Shown piece by piece: positions 1-9,549 of a DNA stretch of 32,475 bases. Source of the DNA: Amoebophrya sp. A120 (lineage: Eukaryota; Protista; Dinoflagellata); NCBI GenBank assembly GCA_905178155.1, contig CAJINV010000005.1, positions 1,224,954-1,257,428 of the forward strand. Direction: 5' to 3'. Each line of letters starts with the position of its first letter. Positions within the stretch are counted from its first letter, which is position 1. The notes under the pieces were generated by a model, which had not been told where the DNA came from, did not search any database, and worked only from the letters and a program-made list of their open reading frames with translations. A program made the position numbers and the translations under genes.

Positions 1-1
1 G

Positions 2-395
2 AGCAACGAGAATCTTTGTCGCACTTTAAAAGAGCGAAGCCCGCGCCTAGCAGGCTCGCCATGCCTTTTCAAGTACAACTAGCACCCCTAGATGCACTAT
101 GTTTGCTTCCTTGCTGTCCCCCTTTTGTACCAGGTGAACAGGCTCTTTGAGCTCTTGCGAAATCCGATCTGGCAGCGGAAACGCGCCTACGTGATCTAAT
201 TTTCGCATGGAACAATGATGCGCAGCGCTTTGCTTGCACAACAATATTTTGTCCCAGGTAAATACGGTTTACCACGTCAAAACGATACGAACACCGAAAG
301 ATCAATGCAGCGTCTGAGAGAAGTTGAAAGTTCTCAAAGGGAGGCGTTCGCGTCGTGCAGTGCGTAGTGTTTGAAGAATGTTATAATTACTTATA
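2..395. repeat. Long direct repeat, copy 1 (3' end of a preceding copy of the YR unit, or its left terminal repeat)
   Basis: Matches 5007-5400 at offset 5005 with at least 4 transitions (219/5224, 293/5298, 345/5350, 360/5365); both copies end at ...TTATAATTACTTATA. May extend left of the window. Confidence 0.95.
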
Positions 396-593
396 GGCGA
401 TCTTTAAATACTAGCACTCACGACCTAAGGGTAAGGAACATCTACCGCTTCTGCCCTACCCCCTCTCCAATGGGGGGCCTTGCTGAAGCTCTATTTTTTC
501 AGCCCGCCCTTCTCGAATGCGTCCTTTTGACGAATTCCCACCCATTTCAAAAAATTTGACAGTCTCAATTTAGGTGTTTTTTAGTGCGAAAAG

Positions 594-1790
594 ATGTCGC
601 TCTCGGACATTAGTTCTGTGAACTTCCACTCGGATAACGCTAAGGAAAACCCTAGACCCAGACTTAACGAAGTTAGAGACTCAACTCGATCGGATAGCAC
701 TCACGATTCGCAGGGTTTTCTTACTTGCCCTTTGTATTTTAAGGTAGTATCAGTCGACTTTACGGAAAACGAGCACACTTTTCCTAGAGGCGAAACTAAC
801 CACGTATATTCCCAAGATAACCCGCCACCCCGCCCGGACTCCATCTTCTGTTCTTGCAACACCATCGCGGACGTCCCTTTCCAGTGTGAGTTGAATACGG
901 CGCCGTACAATAACGGTACGGAATTTTTGCACCAGCACCGCTGCCTCCGCAGAGTTAAACTCGCGTTGGAAAAGGTGCATTCGCCACGGGAACACCAGAC
1001 TACCGACGGAATCTTCTTCATCCGAACAATCAGCACCTGCTTCGTGAGGTGTTTGGTAGTTTTCCAGATCCCGCGCCCGCAGAACAAGGCGAATACCGCC
1101 ACAGCAGCGGCGACAGCTTTCCACCCGACAAACCCGTACATCCTGGCGGGCTACGTCACTTTGTGCATCAGAGATTTCACGCAGACGCAGATCAAGCGCT
1201 TTCTGCAGTGCAGTGCCTGTGTCGGATCAGTTCTGGCGCAGCTTGCTTACGATTACGTGTTGGGAAAGCTGTACGCAAAAACGGGCGACACCACTTTACG
1301 CCCGTTCGATTGCTGTTTAAATTTTCCGGACGCGGATTTTTTCCACTTCGCCCAGCAGCCGTATTACCGCTACTTGCAAGTAGTGGATCAGCTTACGGAG
1401 ATTTTTGACCCGGACTTATTCACCAGCCCGTGCAACCTGCCTAGACACCTGCTGGAACCAAGATTGGCACACAACTTGAAATTCCAGAGACAACTGGTGC
1501 GGAGCGCGGGTTTTGACTGGCGCGACCCGGTAGCGAGCCGGGAGCTTTTCTCTTGCTGTGCGGACGCGGACACGCAGTACACGGTCAGCGAAGAAGCTTC
1601 CTTTGGAGCGGGATTTGATCGCCGCAACGACGGCTCGCTCTGGCTGGTTAACTGTGGTACGAAAACGGAGTTCGAGGCCCACCCAGACTTCCAACCCATT
1701 GACGAGCAGGACAACATCCACGACTGCGTGCTCCGAGTAGTAATCGCCCACCTAGGAGCACCGTTCCCCCTCCAGCAGGCTCCGGTCTAA
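594..1790 (+). CDS. Hypothetical protein, ORF1 of the YR element (398 aa, Cys-rich)
   Basis: Long uninterrupted ORF whose stop lies 7 nt before the YR ATG; no confident domain. Confidence 0.7.
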   Translation: MSLSDISSVNFHSDNAKENPRPRLNEVRDSTRSDSTHDSQGFLTCPLYFKVVSVDFTENEHTFPRGETNHVYSQDNPPPRPDSIFCSCNTIADVPFQCELNTAPYNNGTEFLHQHRCLRRVKLALEKVHSPREHQTTDGIFFIRTISTCFVRCLVVFQIPRPQNKANTATAAATAFHPTNPYILAGYVTLCIRDFTQTQIKRFLQCSACVGSVLAQLAYDYVLGKLYAKTGDTTLRPFDCCLNFPDADFFHFAQQPYYRYLQVVDQLTEIFDPDLFTSPCNLPRHLLEPRLAHNLKFQRQLVRSAGFDWRDPVASRELFSCCADADTQYTVSEEASFGAGFDRRNDGSLWLVNCGTKTEFEAHPDFQPIDEQDNIHDCVLRVVIAHLGAPFPLQQAPV

Positions 1791-1797
1791 ATCCAAA

Positions 1798-4098
1798 ATG
1801 TCGTGGCTTTCGTATCTGGCAGCTATAGAGAGCGCAGCTCCTCCGGTGTTGCAGTCGGAATCAGCTGCGAATTACCTCCGGGATAAGAAATTAAAAGAAG
1901 ACCTCGCGAAACAGAAAAAAGACAACGACATCGAGTTTCTCTTGCTGGAGGAACAGTTTAAGAAGCGACCTTTCATTCGGCCGGCGCTGTTCGATGCCAC
2001 ACGTGTTAAGCGCCCTCGTCGCCCTTCTTTCGATTCTGCGGACACCGATGTAGATTACGAAGACGAGGACCTCCTCTTCCCGCCTTCACCAAAAATTAAA
2101 CTTGCGGTAGCCCGTAAGTGGTTGCGACTTACTGATCTACTCCGACAGAACGAAAAAGATGCGATTTGGGACGAAGCGCGAGCCATGGCCGGGGGGCGCG
2201 AGCAGTTTCTTCTTCCTCGGAAAAAGCAAAAGCTTAACAAACCGGCGCCTACCATCTTGTTTGAAGATGAAGTTCAGGCTTTTCAGGAGAAGGAAGCTTC
2301 CCTGTTGATGTCTATTTCGAGTAAGTTATCGGACCGCGCGCAGATCAACTCCACGTCTTCGTCTTCCGCGTCATCTTCTTCTTCCAACGCATTTATGCAG
2401 CCCCAACCACAACAGCAGCGGGATTTGGGGTTTTTCCAATCAGAAAACTTGGTGGCTCCGGCGGACGACGGCATCGTGGATCCAGCAGATATTGCGTTTT
2501 ATTTTCCGCAAGAAAAAATCAACAAGGAGCCGTCGTCTTTCTCGACCTTTGTCCCCTACAAGGAGGTGCCACGCGAGGCACGCGTGGTCTCGGACAACAG
2601 TAGTGGCGCCTTGGTTTCTTTTCAACAACTAAAAAACGACAATAGTTTCAAGCGGAAGCTGCAGCTCATGTCGGAGATTGAAGAGCAAAAGGATCTAGCG
2701 AGTCGCGTCGTCGTGGAGGAGGAAGAACTACCGGAGGCGGAAGCCCTGGAGTTCATGAGGAAATTAGTGTTGGACGAGGATCCTGCTGGCCAGGACCCAC
2801 CTCTCCACCCTCCCCTCTCGGATGCAGTCGCCCAGCTCTCCGAGGAACAAATTTCCGACACCTTGAAAATCTACAACGAGACTTTCCTCCGAAACAACAA
2901 GTCCCAAGGGCTGTACCGCAAACAGCTGCAGGCTAGGTACATCCGTCTGCTGAAATATTGCGACCTGTGCCCACTGCCGGACAGCGTATCCAGCTATTCC
3001 ATGCGGATTTGCTGTACGTACTTCTTGAAGCTCAAAGCGGCAAAGCAGTCCCGGTGCACCAACTTCTCGTACATTAAGAACCTGCTTTGTAATCATAAAA
3101 CGTTTACGTTCGAGATGCGTTCCGAGTACCATACGCATTTCAAAGCGTTGACGAGAGCTCGCTCGCCACCCCAGCAGAAAACCGGCATCAGGCTGTCGCA
3201 TTTGATCTTGATAATCCAAGCCTGCCAGCAGTTCAAGATCCAACAGGTCGGGGCTACGACATCTTCTTCCGGCGTCCACCCAATACGGTTCTGTCGTCTG
3301 ATGGTCGTGGTTTGGTTCGCATTCTTGCGCATCGACGATATTCCAAGTACACGTCGACTTGCGAACGGCAACAGTGTGGAATACTGTATTTTTTCGTCGA
3401 AAACAAACGGCACTGGCCACCGCCGCGAAGGCTTTATGCTAGGGTGCAGCTGCCCCTATGCTCCCTTAGTGGAGCCCGCAGAAAACGACCCGAAGAACCA
3501 CTTGGAATGCAAAATCTGTCCTACGTGCGGAATTTCCGCAGCGGAGTGGCTCTACTTTCGCAGATGGCCCGTGCCCCGGCTGAAGGCCGCTTTGAAGGAA
3601 GTTCTTGTTCTTACGGACAATTGGAACATGCTCGAAAGCAGTGAGTTTATCTCCGAGGTGGATGGTCTCTCCTCCGATAATTTCGGTGGTCATAGCCTCC
3701 GGATAGGGGGCATACAATCGGCCGCCGAGGGAGGTATGAAAATGATGGACCTCCGCAGAATGTCGCGACACGATGCAGCTACCACTACCGAGGGATGCGT
3801 CGGGCTCAGTCGCAATTACCCTGACAGCACGACTATCTTCTGGCCGCGACTTCGACAACTGCATTTTGGACCAACACAAGAATACGACTGGACAAAACGC
3901 CTCGCCACAAATTCCGACTTCTACCTCAAGACCTGGCGCTTCAAAAAATCTACGCTCCAGCGGGACCGCATGCGAAACCCGCAAACCTTGTCGGACGGTT
4001 TCTTTGAATATAGAAATCCGGAAGAAGTGCGAGAGGGGGATGAGCCCCGCCTCCTCCCCAAGGAGGAGAAATTTCTGAGCATCATTCCACGGCTTTAA
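1798..4098 (+). CDS. Tyrosine recombinase / phage-integrase-family protein (766 aa, long low-complexity N-terminus)
   Basis: Box I WFAFLRIDDI (Arg 3328-3330), SSKT lysine, box II GGHSLRIGG (His 3691-3693, Arg 3700-3702), then MSRH-x4-TTEGC where Tyr is expected; Cys-rich insert CSC...CKICPTC. Confidence 0.85.
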   Translation: MSWLSYLAAIESAAPPVLQSESAANYLRDKKLKEDLAKQKKDNDIEFLLLEEQFKKRPFIRPALFDATRVKRPRRPSFDSADTDVDYEDEDLLFPPSPKIKLAVARKWLRLTDLLRQNEKDAIWDEARAMAGGREQFLLPRKKQKLNKPAPTILFEDEVQAFQEKEASLLMSISSKLSDRAQINSTSSSSASSSSSNAFMQPQPQQQRDLGFFQSENLVAPADDGIVDPADIAFYFPQEKINKEPSSFSTFVPYKEVPREARVVSDNSSGALVSFQQLKNDNSFKRKLQLMSEIEEQKDLASRVVVEEEELPEAEALEFMRKLVLDEDPAGQDPPLHPPLSDAVAQLSEEQISDTLKIYNETFLRNNKSQGLYRKQLQARYIRLLKYCDLCPLPDSVSSYSMRICCTYFLKLKAAKQSRCTNFSYIKNLLCNHKTFTFEMRSEYHTHFKALTRARSPPQQKTGIRLSHLILIIQACQQFKIQQVGATTSSSGVHPIRFCRLMVVVWFAFLRIDDIPSTRRLANGNSVEYCIFSSKTNGTGHRREGFMLGCSCPYAPLVEPAENDPKNHLECKICPTCGISAAEWLYFRRWPVPRLKAALKEVLVLTDNWNMLESSEFISEVDGLSSDNFGGHSLRIGGIQSAAEGGMKMMDLRRMSRHDAATTTEGCVGLSRNYPDSTTIFWPRLRQLHFGPTQEYDWTKRLATNSDFYLKTWRFKKSTLQRDRMRNPQTLSDGFFEYRNPEEVREGDEPRLLPKEEKFLSIIPRL

Positions 4099-4585
4099 AG
4101 GAATTTCAGTTTTGAGTTTTATTGAGAAAATTCATCGCGGAAGCGAGAATTCTCTGTTGTCCTTTACAACGACTCAATAAGAAATCTAAATTGTCCATTT
4201 GGTCCGATCAAAATTTCAGACCAAAAGCTCTGCGGTGTCCTACCGGTATTTTTTTTTTTTTTTTTCGACTCGCATCACAAAATCCAAAAAGTGCGCCGAT
4301 ATTCAAATCGATCTGTCTGAGGGTAAGCATTTCGGTTTCTACAAGCAAAAAATTAAATGCACTTCGTTGAGCGTGAGCTTTCTGCCCTGGGGCCATGTTT
4401 TCTGCTCTTCAGCTGTCGCTGCCTCGTAGAGAATTCTTTTTTTCCCAAAAATGTTCACCACACAGGGCCCCCGCTTTTTTGGTTTTAAAACACCCTACTT
4501 GTGTTTTCTTGTCAAAAAGCCTTCATATTCACGAAGTAGTATTCTTTTGCGCGTAGATCAACCTCTTACACACCCCCAGATCAAA

Positions 4586-5155
4586 ATGGCAGCAGGAGCA
4601 GCAGCAGGTGATGCCGCTATCGCGGTCTTGCAGCAGCAGCAGCAGCAGGCAGCTGAGCTAGGTGTTGGCGTCCTTACAGAAGAGCAGGCGGAACTGCTCC
4701 GCGTACAAGCCGCAAACTGCGGCACTAAAATCGATGGTAAGAAATTCAGGTTCGGCACCGAATTACTTGCCAACGAACGCCTCCGCGACGTTCTCAAGTC
4801 GACCTGTCCTCCCTCCTGCCGCATGACTCCGATGGAAATGTGCACCTTGTTCCGTGCCCTGCAGATCACAAACGACGCGCAATGCCGCCTCATGGTGGAC
4901 ATGATCCAGAACGCCCTCTTCCCCGTGATGCCGGATTCCTGCGGGTCGACGCCCAAGGAAGCGCCGGTCGCTCTGGAAGTAAACAAAGTCGCAGAACTCT
5001 TTTTCCAGCAACGAGAATCTTTGTCGCACTTTAAAAGAGCGAAGCCCGCGCCTAGCAGGCTCGCCATGCCTTTTCAAGTACAACTAGCACCCCTAGATGC
5101 ACTATGTTTGCTTCCTTGCTGTCCCCCTTTTGTACCAGGTGAACAGGCTCTTTGA
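4586..5155 (+). CDS. Hypothetical protein, ORF3 of the YR element
   Basis: Open frame 4451-5155; likely ATG at 4586 (MAAGAAAGD..., poly-Q). The C-terminus lies in the repeat, and the same C-terminus is present at 1-150. Confidence 0.6.
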   Translation: MAAGAAAGDAAIAVLQQQQQQAAELGVGVLTEEQAELLRVQAANCGTKIDGKKFRFGTELLANERLRDVLKSTCPPSCRMTPMEMCTLFRALQITNDAQCRLMVDMIQNALFPVMPDSCGSTPKEAPVALEVNKVAELFFQQRESLSHFKRAKPAPSRLAMPFQVQLAPLDALCLLPCCPPFVPGEQAL

Positions 5156-5400
5156 GCTCTTGCGAAATCCGATCTGGCAGCGGAAACGCGCCTACGTGAT
5201 CTAATTTTCGCATGGAACAATGACGCGCAGCGCTTTGCTTGCACAACAATATTTTGTCCCAGGTAAATACGGTTTACCACGTCAAAACGATACGAACGCC
5301 GAAAGATCAATGCAGCGTCTGAGAGAAGTTGAAAGTTCTCAAAGGGAGGTGTTCGCGTCGTGCAATGCGTAGTGTTTGAAGAATGTTATAATTACTTATA
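5007..5400. repeat. Long direct repeat, copy 2
   Basis: Near-identical to 2-395 and contains the 3' end of ORF 4586-5155; identity stops abruptly after TTATA at 5400. Confidence 0.95.
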
Positions 5401-5431
5401 TGGAATTGAATCGAATGGATGCGGGTCATGA

Positions 5432-5515
5432 TCATGATGAGTTAAATTTGAAAAAAGGAAATGATCGGAGCGCGCAAGTGTCGAGATCTTTACCGAGTCT
5501 GATACACTCACTCTG
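5432..5515 (+). ncRNA. Candidate box C/D snoRNA, paralog of 9161-9245
   Basis: Box C ATGATGA at 5434-5440 and CTGA near 5499-5502; ~84 bp conserved with the 9161 copy in otherwise unrelated intergenic DNA. Confidence 0.5.
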
Positions 5516-5584
5516 GCATGGACTTTTCCGCATGAATTTTCACGATAGCAAATGATCGCCGGGAAGATGATCTGCAGAAGACCG

Positions 5585-5675
5585 TCATGATGACCAAAAG
5601 AAACCAAATAAGAAGAGCCGTCTGAAATTCCCTGGAATTGGAGACGAGGCACTTTCTGAGAGCACTGGGTTCTGA
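5585..5675 (+). ncRNA. Box C/D snoRNA, U49/SNORD49-like
   Basis: Box C ATGATGA 5587-5593; guide AATAAGAAGAGCCGT before D' CTGA (5622-5625) is antisense to conserved LSU rRNA CGGCUCUUC(C)UAU; box D CTGA at 5656-5659 or 5672-5675. Confidence 0.7.
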
Positions 5676-5773
5676 AAGCACTTCTCGTAAATGCAATTTG
5701 ATTGCGCGATCCCTAACATAGACGTACGAAAAAAATATTACGTCACGGCTCTTCAAGGACAGAGGAACTTCCG

Positions 5774-8700
5774 ATGCGACATTTTTGTTTGTTTGTCGTT
5801 TTTTTTCTCACCACCGCATCTTCCGTTCCTGATGCAAACGGCGCAGCACGACGATTACATTTACATCCCGGTACCGTCGGCACAACGACAGACAGCGGCT
5901 TCTGGAGGTGGTTTGGCTCGGAGCAGTCCATTTTTGACGTTTCCCAAGCGCCGGAGGCGTCCAGGTCTGTATCGAGATCGGACTCCAAAGCTGCGGCCCG
6001 TGCGCGGTACTGTGTGTGGAAAACACAAGAAGTAGAAGATACCACCGACGATGGCAGAATTCTGCAGTGCGTGCGCCGATGGATGGCGTGGGACACGTCC
6101 GACGAAGCCGTGCCGCACCAAACCCTGCACTGCGGCCAAAATGGAGAAGATGACACTTCTGAAGAAGGTCTTCTCGAAGGAAATCAGCACAAGGCGGAAA
6201 TAAATACGAGTAGTATCCTCAATAATTTTCCGTCTAGCTTTGACTTTCGTGAGAGTGGTGCCTCACAAGGTGCTGATCCTGCAAGAACGGAGACGGAGCA
6301 GAGGAGACGAGATGCATTTGCCGTCGACCATGGTGACGAGCAGGCAACCGCTGGCCGTCGGCGCGTCTTGGCGTTTGTGGGCGATTCCTTACTACGACAG
6401 CAGACTCTCGTGCTCGCTTGTGTCCTTACCAAGGGCGGGTGGGACGGCGCCTAGTACGTCGATCTTGCCGAGTTGCGCGCAGAGCTTAGAAGTGTGGGAC
6501 AAAGAACTGGTGTTGCGCAAGATTCATCTGCACAAGGCGAAGCGGGAGAGGACAAAAATGCGCCACAGATCAACACGACCGTTTCAGACACAACTAAAGA
6601 GGAGAAAAGAACAAGGACCATGATTGTCTCAAATAACGTCCACTATTTGCCAGATGTCTCCGATCTCCCCGACGCCGCCGTGGCACAGGGAGTTTTTCCG
6701 CCAAGAAGCCAGATGAACCCCGTGGAACTCGTGCTGTCGCCAATGATAGTACCCTCTGTATCGCCCGGAAAGACATGCTTAGTAGACTAGGCATGATGTA
6801 GCTATAGGATTTCTCAGCTCGTCATCCCTGGTGTGCCATGCCTAGGTTTTTCCCCGTAAAAATACAGTTCTACAAAAAGGGAAGACCTCTCGCATGCTGC
6901 GAAAGCGACCCGGTTGTTCTATTTTCCGGCGCAGTGGCTGACGAGAAATAGCAAGATTCAAGAGCACGGATGGTTGGCCAACTTCCCTCCTCCAACAACA
7001 GGCGCGGCCTCATCCTCAGCACCGGGCAACGAGGACAAAAAGAGCGACAGCATGATTGCCACGCATATAACAGCACACGAAAATCCATTTTCCCTGGACC
7101 ATTTCCACACCAATCCTCATCCTCTCGCGCTGCCGGAGTTGCTGGGTGCCATTGGTGGAATAGAGAGAGCAATGGAGAACAAAACCCGGAGTTGTACAGC
7201 AGCTTCTAGTGAAGATGCTGCCCGTAGTACTACTAGCAGTGGTACAACAACTTTGGGAGATGACGGAGGTAGTTCCACCGGGGGCACCACGACACGGCAA
7301 GAAGTAGAAGCAACGTCATCAACAACGCCGCCGCCACCGGCCGAGAGGGACGCTCAGGATGTAGTTGACAGCGAGATGATCTCGTTTCAAATTGTCGTGA
7401 ACCATGGGGCGCACTCGCTCAACCAGTTTGGGCTCGAAAACTGCGGCTTTCTCGACGGCGGTGCGATAGGAGAAACTATGCAGCGGCTGTATGCGGTGGT
7501 GAAAGAATACCTGTTTTTGAAGCCCGATAGAAGAAGTACTAGTGCGGTTGCAGAGCATCCGCTTCCACTTCCTCTCGTTGTTGACCATCTTCACGAAGAA
7601 GAAGATGAATCGCGCCTGCAGCTTAAAAGAAAGAGAGTCCGCATACGGTACCAGCAGGCCCCGCCGACGTTCTATCAAATGTAAAAGTGTCATGGTCTGG
7701 GAGGATACAACTTGTGACGCTACTTTTGGAATCTACAACGTAGAAACTGTATTGCATGAACAGCAAAAGAGGTGTAATTTGTGCTCCGCGGAGAGGGCAT
7801 TTCTCATGCGGTATGAGCATCAGAAAGCCCTTGCAACACCTCTGATGCTAGGGCATGCATCACAGGAGACCTCGTGGGTCATGCAAAATCTGCATGACAA
7901 ACTCCTGCATTCTTCCAGACCCAGACATTTTTCCAATCCATACGTTCTGGCGGACTACAAACGGGTGGTTTGACCTCAGTGTCGCGCAACGCTGGCAACA
8001 GTGGGTGCTCCCGGAGCACTACCCCTCGTTATTCTTTATGCACCGAAAAAATAATATCACCAACCGGTGCGCGCCCCTGAATCGCACGAGACGGGATCCG
8101 CGGTGGTACGGCACGGAGGCGGAATCGATGGAACAAGCGCAGCATGAAATGCAAATATGTCTGGGTCTGGAAAGAATGGGATTTGTGATGCTATTGCCAA
8201 TCTTCTATGCTACAAAACCCTGTGTTGCATGAGCAGCAAAAGGTGCTTGATTTTTTGTCACCCGCAGCGGGCATTTCTCATTCAGGATCGGCATGAGCAA
8301 GCCTTCGCGAGAGGTCGAGGTGTGGTGCTGGAGCATGCATCACAGGCAACACGGGTCATGTGCTATTGATATTGTGCATGAGAAACTCCCCCAATCTTCC
8401 AGACCCAGACATACTTATTTGCATTTGATACGCAGCAAATGGGGCTGCTCCCGATTCCGGGCAGACCCAACTCCGCGTACGTGCAGAAACCGCACTGCGC
8501 TCCCTTTTGCCACCTGCCGAACTTCCTGTGCGCGCTGCGCGAAAAACTCGTGTTTGGTGACACGTTTGGATGGAACAGGACCGCAGGAACGGTTCAACAT
8601 GAAGATGTCGAAAAAAAGATGAACCCACTGAAGACGAGAGCGGCAATCGACTCGAGTGTCGAGTTCGTCTCGGCGTACCAACACATAGTCACGCATCCTT

Positions 8701-8783
8701 CGCCGACCATATCGGGCACGGATTGCACGCACCTCCGACCCGACGTGCTGCTTGCGTTGTTGAAATTAAGTCTCCATGATTGA
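5774..8783 (+). CDS. PC-esterase / trichome-birefringence-like (SGNH-type acyl-esterase or acetyltransferase), interrupted gene
   Basis: Signal-peptide-like start, LAFVGDSLLRQQ (GDS motif) and C-terminal GTDCTH (DxxH). Approximate exons 5774-~6757, ~6866-7672, 7948-8142, 8436-8783. One in-frame TAG at 6452-6454. Confidence 0.7.
6758..6865. mobile_element. Degenerate hairpin intron / old TIR element, boundaries uncertain
   Basis: GTAT...ATAC ends with internal IR CTAGGCATG/CATGCCTAG; contains a stop; flanking coding segments share a frame; no clear TSD. Confidence 0.4.
7673..7942. mobile_element. Introner family A (270 bp), TSD CGTTC
   Basis: TIR TATCAAATGTAAAAGTGTC.../...CCAGACCCAGACATTTTTCCAATCCATA; CGTTC at 7668-7672 and 7943-7947; join gives PPTFWRTTNGWF. 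Confidence 0.9.
8143..8430. mobile_element. Introner family A (288 bp), TSD CGCAG
   Basis: TGTCTGGGTCTGGAA/TTCCAGACCCAGACA TIR (left end degenerate, CATG); CGCAG at 8138-8142 and 8431-8435; join gives EQAQQMGLLP. Confidence 0.9.
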
Positions 8784-9160
8784 TTGATTAACTTGAAGTC
8801 GACGACTTTCGTGAGGTCGCAGTTTTTAGTTGCAATTGCAACTAAAAACTAAAGAAAATAAAATAATGATAATCTCATTGAAAATTAAAGAAACAGCAAA
8901 CAACAATATTGCACGTCCTGAAGAACTTGTGTGTTCGGAATTGATGAGCTTCTCGTGTGTATTAAGATGTAGCTGCGAAGGTGTATGTTGATGTTTGCAA
9001 GATCGCTCATGCTAAAAACAGCCCTTCGAAAGATCTGAAACGAACCTAAAATTACCTCGATCCTGGCCAGTAAAGAAAAGTTCCGAATCGAAAACAAGAA
9101 TATTCCAAGTTGTAGTCAACACAGAGACAGATGTGGCTGTGGCAGTGTCAGTGGCCGCTG

Positions 9161-9245
9161 TCATGATGAGTCAAATTTGAAAAAAGGAAAGGATCTGAAC
9201 GCGCAAGTGTCGAGACCTTTACCGAGTCTGATAAACTCACTCTGA
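9161..9245 (+). ncRNA. Candidate box C/D snoRNA, paralog of 5432-5515
   Basis: ATGATGA at 9163-9169 and three downstream CTGA boxes, the last at 9242-9245. Confidence 0.5.
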
Positions 9246-9549
9246 TATTATGGCCGTCCTTTGAGTTTGAGGATGAATGTGCTCTAACTCTTGTCCTTGA
9301 TAAAGAAAAACGAAGCATCTTGGTTCATTTTCATATTTTTCTGCTACCGAAAATCGAAATTATCCCAATTCTAAGCACAGGTTGAGGATAACAGCAGCTA
9401 GCAAGGACACGACAGATTACAACGCAGATATGTGATCTCAATAGCGAAGACGGAAGACACATTAGAGAAACAAAAATACAGTGTTATAGATACCTCGATT
9501 TTGCTCCGACAAGAAATAAAACGGCAAAAGAAAATCAACAAAACCGACA

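Larger units (their letters stand above)
396..5400 (+). mobile_element. ~5005-bp tyrosine-recombinase element (Crypton/DIRS-like, no RT or RNase H seen)
   Basis: Three co-oriented intronless ORFs, one with YR motifs, and a 5005-bp repeat period. It lacks the TIR inserts found in the host genes. Confidence 0.7.

Noticed and set aside
1130-1270. GNAT-like stretch in YR ORF1 (GYVTL...GSVLAQLAYDY)
   Set aside because: The resemblance is too weak without a profile search.
1798-4098. YR as the mobiliser of the introners
   Set aside because: Variable 5-bp TSDs with TIRs indicate staggered-cut DDE-type integration, which YRs do not normally produce; no shared ends with the YR unit were seen.
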